Shown: positions 60,077 to 64,000 of the stretch, piece after piece
How positions within the stretch are numbered: the stretch's first letter is position 1
How the letters are laid out: each line of letters begins with the position of its first letter
From: Methanotrichaceae archaeon
GTDB taxonomy: Archaea > Halobacteriota > Methanosarcinia > Methanotrichales > Methanotrichaceae
Reading direction: 5' to 3'
Assembly (NCBI GenBank): GCA_963754945.1
Contig: CAVWIG010000024.1
Span: forward strand, 1-64,000
Length of the DNA: 64,000 nucleotides
Notes under the pieces: generated by a model
Database searches by the model: none
What the model was told of the DNA's origin: nothing
Seen by the model: the letters and a program-made list of their open reading frames with translations, nothing else
Program-made: the position numbers and the translations under genes

Positions 60077-61244
60077 TGCACTTCAGCTTTCCATCTGCTA
60101 GGATCAGCTCTATTACATCCCCTGGTGAGGCATCCCCCGCCTTGAGGATCAACCGTCCACCTGAGGATCGAGCGATGGAATATCCTCGGGACAGAGTAGC
60201 CAGAGGGCTAATCGAATCAAGGCTGCTCTCCGCTAGAGCGAGCCTGTTCTTCAGGTTCTCTATCCTCGTCCTTTGGGCCGATTCCATGTGCTCTGCCAGG
60301 TCGTCCAGACGCTGGCGGTGCTCAGCCAGGAGGGCGTACATTCTCCGGGCAGATAGGCTGCGCTGGAGGTATTCCAGGCGTTCTTGCTTGCGCTCCAGAC
60401 TGGACCAAAGGGACCTGGTCATCCTGGATTCGACAAGTCCGAGATGGATCTTCAGCTCTGCGACATCGGGGACTGCCATCTCCGCAGCCGCCGTCGGAGT
60501 TGGTGCCCGCACGTCTGCAACGAAATCTGCGATTGTGATGTCGGTCTCGTGCCCTATGGCCGAGATCACAGGAGAATCGCACTCGAAGATGGCCCTGGCT
60601 ACAATTTCGTGGTTGAAACCCCACAGATCCTCAGCCGATCCGCCACCTCGGCAAACTATGACAACGTCAGCCCTGCCCTGTAGGGACCTTACGGCCAATG
60701 ATATGCTCTCCGGTGCTCCGTCGCCCTGGACCTGAGCAGGTGACAGTATAATCCTGGCAGGATAGGAGCCGATGATGCTGAGCACATCCCTGAGGGCTGC
60801 TCCGTCAGGAGATGTCACTATGCCGATTCTGGACGGGTACTTGTGCAGGGACCTCTTGCGCTCGTCGTCGAAGAGGCCTTCTGCAGCAAGCTTTTGCTTG
60901 AGCCTCTCAAGCTCCTGGTGCCGGAGTCCCAGACCGGAGTCGAGCCTGATTCCTCGAACTACCAGTTGTACCTGCCCCCTGGGACGGTAAACCTCTACGT
61001 CTCCGAAGACCTGGACGTTCTGGCCATCCTTTAGCTCGAAGCCTAGTCGCGCCCCGTAGTTCCGAAATAGGGCACAGGAGAGTTGAGAATCCTTATCCTT
61101 GAGGGTGAAGTACCTGTGGCCTGAGCGATGGTTCACGACATTGGACAGCTCCCCTCGGGCCCACAGGTCGTGCAGCCGTAGGTCCGAATCCAGGCGCTCT
61201 TTTATCCTTTCGGTCAGCTCTGAGACTGTGAATATCTGGGTCAA
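60057..61244 (-). CDS. xseA: Exodeoxyribonuclease VII large subunit
   Basis: SGHRYFTLKD, RGGGSAEDL, SAIGHETD, RAPTPTAAAE. Confidence 0.95.
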   Translation of the reverse strand: MTQIFTVSELTERIKERLDSDLRLHDLWARGELSNVVNHRSGHRYFTLKDKDSQLSCALFRNYGARLGFELKDGQNVQVFGDVEVYRPRGQVQLVVRGIRLDSGLGLRHQELERLKQKLAAEGLFDDERKRSLHKYPSRIGIVTSPDGAALRDVLSIIGSYPARIILSPAQVQGDGAPESISLAVRSLQGRADVVIVCRGGGSAEDLWGFNHEIVARAIFECDSPVISAIGHETDITIADFVADVRAPTPTAAAEMAVPDVAELKIHLGLVESRMTRSLWSSLERKQERLEYLQRSLSARRMYALLAEHRQRLDDLAEHMESAQRTRIENLKNRLALAESSLDSISPLATLSRGYSIARSSGGRLILKAGDASPGDVIELILADGKLKCNVLEKM

Positions 61245-61303
61245 GGTGTTTCTTTTTTAGACGTGTGGCATATTTAACACCTCTCAGGGCAGGAAGAAAG
61301 TGG

Positions 61304-61989
61304 ATGCGAATAGCCGGCGATCTCATCTGGGCAAGGTTCCTCGAGCGGACGAGCAGGTTTACGGTTACTGCAGAGCAGGATGGCAGACTGCTCGACTGTT
61401 TCTTATCAAACCCCGGCCGACTCAAAGAGCTGCTGGTCCCGGGGCATAGCCTCCTGCTTAGGTGCGTCGCCGACACGGGCAGGACCAGAAAAACCGGCTT
61501 CGACGTCATCGGCGTATGTCTGAAAGACAAGGTCATCACCATCGACTCGAGGATTCCCAATGCTCTGATCGAGGAGGCTCTCAATGCCGGAAGCCTGCGG
61601 GAGTTCAAAGGTTACAGCGTTGTCAAAACGGAGCCGGCCTTCGGCTCCGGGAGATTCGATTTCCTCCTGGATTCACAGTGCTTTGTGGAAGTGAAGAGCT
61701 GCACACTGGTCAAGAACGGAGTAGCCCTGTTCCCGGATGCGCCCACAGCCCGCGGGAGGCGTCATCTGTTGGAGATGATCGAAGCTTTGAAACAGGTTAC
61801 AGGTGCGTCATCATCTTCGTTGTTCAAAGAGACGATGCTAGGGTGTTTATGCCTAATTCGGACACTGATCCAGAGTTCAGCAAGGCGCTCCAGGATGCAT
61901 GCAGCTCTGGAGTCGAGGCCATCGCCTACACAGCCAAGTATGAAGACAGACTAATAGAGCTTGTCAGAAGGATAGATGTTCAGGTCTAG
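61304..61989 (+). pseudogene. sfsA: SfsA nuclease split by a frameshift near 61796
   Basis: NPGRLKEL, EVKSCTL, FPDAPTARGRRHL in one frame; GYRCVIIFVVQR..DPEF..GVE in another. Confidence 0.8.
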
Positions 61990-62135
61990 ATACCAATTGC
62001 CTCGTGATAGAATCTTCGGCTAAGCATGATGTTTTTAACGAAGAAGGATCACATGAAAAAATCAATTAAACTTTTTTGGTCTCTAATCAAGATAACTTTA
62101 TATGGCATAATTTCCTCTTCAATTGTGGTGTTGTC

Positions 62136-62831
62136 GTGCATATAATGGAAGGGTTCCTGCCTCATCCCTGGTGGGAGATCTGGTTTGGACTTTCACTGCC
62201 GGTGGTGGCGTATGGGGCTTTTAGGATGAACAAAATGATAAAAGAAAGCCGCGAAATTTTGCCCTTGCTTGCAGTCTCTGGCGCCTTTATCTTCGTCCTA
62301 TCTTCCCTGAAGATGCCATCCGTTACAGGAAGCTGCTCGCACCCCACAGGAACGGGCATGGGAGCGATCATCTTCGGTCCCTGGATTACTTCTGTGCTGT
62401 CGATCATAGTGCTGATATATCAGGCCCTGTTCCTAGCTCACGGCGGCTTGACCACGTTGGGGGCCAACACATTCTCCATGGGAATAGCAGGGCCGATAGT
62501 CGGATACATAGTCTATAAAGCGGCCATGAAGTCGGGGGTAAATATTTACATCGCCGTATTTCTGGCGGCGTTGCTCGCCGATTGGGCCACGTATGCTGTT
62601 ACATCCGTCCAGCTTGCTCTGGCCTTCCCCGCGGCTACCGGTGGAGTGCTGGCCTCGTTCAAGGCTTTCATGGCCATCTTTGCCATAACACAGGTTCCCC
62701 TGGCAGTAGTTGAGGGCGCTGTAACTGCACTTATGTTCAAATACATCGTCCAGCTCAGGAGCGATGTTCTGGTAAGACTCAATGTTGCATCTCCCAGCAT
62801 TATTAAGAAACTGAAGGAGGCTTCGGCGTGA
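62136..62831 (+). CDS. cbiM: Cobalt ECF transporter substrate component
   Basis: GTG start gives MHIMEGFL; GSCSHPTG, AHGGLTTLGAN. Confidence 0.93.
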   Translation: MHIMEGFLPHPWWEIWFGLSLPVVAYGAFRMNKMIKESREILPLLAVSGAFIFVLSSLKMPSVTGSCSHPTGTGMGAIIFGPWITSVLSIIVLIYQALFLAHGGLTTLGANTFSMGIAGPIVGYIVYKAAMKSGVNIYIAVFLAALLADWATYAVTSVQLALAFPAATGGVLASFKAFMAIFAITQVPLAVVEGAVTALMFKYIVQLRSDVLVRLNVASPSIIKKLKEASA

Positions 62832-63136
62832 AGTTAGAGTTAATAACCTTGGCTATTTTAGTGACCTTCATCGCAGTCTTTGCATATGTCAGTTCAAGCG
62901 GAAACCACGAGTGGGGAGGCGCAGATGATCAGCCGGCAAAAGTCATCAATGAGCTGACTCATGGGTCCTACCATCCTTGGTTTAATAGTGTATGGGTACC
63001 TCCTAGCCCTGAGATAGAGAGCTTGCTTTTCGCCTTGCAGGCGGCCTTCGGCAGCCTCATTATCGGCTATTTCCTGGGCTACTACCGTGCCATGGCAAAG
63101 ATTAAGAGTGCGGCAGCTTCGGCTAAGCAAGATTGA
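62828..63136 (+). CDS. cbiN: Cobalt ECF transporter component
   Basis: GGADD, YHPWF, EIESLLFALQAA. Confidence 0.92.
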   Translation: MKLELITLAILVTFIAVFAYVSSSGNHEWGGADDQPAKVINELTHGSYHPWFNSVWVPPSPEIESLLFALQAAFGSLIIGYFLGYYRAMAKIKSAAASAKQD

Positions 63137-63143
63137 GAATTGA

Positions 63144-63926
63144 ATGCACGACCTGCTAGACGACTACGCACATTCCAACGCACTAAGGGACACGAATCCG
63201 AGGCTCAAGCTGCTGCTTGGTCTCGGAGCTATCATCCTTTGCGTATCTTCGGCCACTCCGATAGCGCCTTTATTCATAGCTGTTACCATGAGTCTCATAA
63301 CTGTAAGGTTGGCCAAAATTCCAGGGCGTTTTTACTCCACACTGCTGCTAATACCCATCTCCTTCTCCATGATGAGCGCCGTAGTGGTGGCCTTCATGCA
63401 TGGCGGAGGCGACCAATTATTTACCTTTGACATCTTCGGCATCAGCTTGGGCATCAGAGAAGAGGGGGCCAACCTGGCCCTGCTTCTGGTCGCCAGGACC
63501 TTTGGGGGCATGTGCTCCCTATTCTTCATAGCCCTGACCACGCCCATGATCGAGATCTTCTCGATCCTGAAGTCCCTGGGCCTGCCGGACTTCTTGGTTG
63601 AGCTTTCCATGTTGATGTACAGGTATATCTTTGTCTTCGTGGATCAAGCTGCCATGATCCACAGCGCCCAAACGATGCGGCTTGGAGATATGGGAATCAA
63701 AAACTCTCTTAACTCCTTCTCCATGCTTTCGAGCGTTCTTTTTCTACGGGCCTGGGAGCAGGGGGAGCGCTTAATGGTGGCCATGGACTCCCGTTGCTAC
63801 GATGGGAGACTGGATGTATTCGAAAAGCGGACACCAATTATGCTGCAAGGCGCATTGATCGTTGTCGGCTATTTGGCCACAATTGCAGCGATCGCCTTTT
63901 TGACAAGGGATTTCAGGCTGATATGA
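63144..63926 (+). CDS. cbiQ: Cobalt ECF transporter T component
   Basis: LTTP, MYRYIF, AMDSRCY. Confidence 0.92.
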   Translation: MHDLLDDYAHSNALRDTNPRLKLLLGLGAIILCVSSATPIAPLFIAVTMSLITVRLAKIPGRFYSTLLLIPISFSMMSAVVVAFMHGGGDQLFTFDIFGISLGIREEGANLALLLVARTFGGMCSLFFIALTTPMIEIFSILKSLGLPDFLVELSMLMYRYIFVFVDQAAMIHSAQTMRLGDMGIKNSLNSFSMLSSVLFLRAWEQGERLMVAMDSRCYDGRLDVFEKRTPIMLQGALIVVGYLATIAAIAFLTRDFRLI

Positions 63927-63933
63927 GGTTGTC

Positions 63934-64000
63934 ATGGACAACATTCTAGAAGCAAGGAACGTTCGATACTCTTACTCGGATGGTCCGGAGGCGCTGAGAG
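63934..64000 (+). CDS. cbiO: ECF ATPase, truncated at window edge
   Basis: MDNILEARNVRYSYSDGPEAL directly after cbiQ. Confidence 0.75.
   Translation, partial: MDNILEARNVRYSYSDGPEALR

Noticed and set aside
59816-61244. Bacterial-type exonuclease VII in an archaeon as a novelty
   Set aside because: xseAB is already known from several methanogen lineages.

Overview
Chromosomal window from a methanogenic archaeon, most consistent with Methanothrix/Methanotrichaceae (mcrC, mmp10, an A2-like ATPase, archaeal pheST/radA/RPA/dph5/aglB, a Methanosarcinales-type S-layer domain). The taxonomy is inferred from gene content. Most of the window is housekeeping: smc-scpA, RHH-queD-queC-queE, tRNA-Ile(GAT), aglB, pheST, radA-rpa, metG, trpBA, xseAB, sfsA, cbiMNQO. 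Two accessory regions stand out. (1) About 29.5-45.4 kb, between the pheT/CBS genes and radA: an island of secreted repeat proteins around a 1.36-kaa Pls/PosA-type membrane NRPS (A-T-3x TM/hexapeptide module) with its own Sfp-type PPTase. Four promoter-like positions there share an exact motif, TTCGTTC-N14-ATATCGTTCAA, that brackets the TATA box, suggesting a co-regulated poly-amino-acid/cell-envelope system. (2) About 51.8-57.1 kb: VapBC, a pRiA4b ORF-3-like gene, two diverged VOC copies, IS701, and an IS256 with a duplicated end. Also notable is an in-frame fusion of phosphoglycerate mutase to an AT-rich trypsin-like protease domain. All calls come from motif reading; no searches were run.
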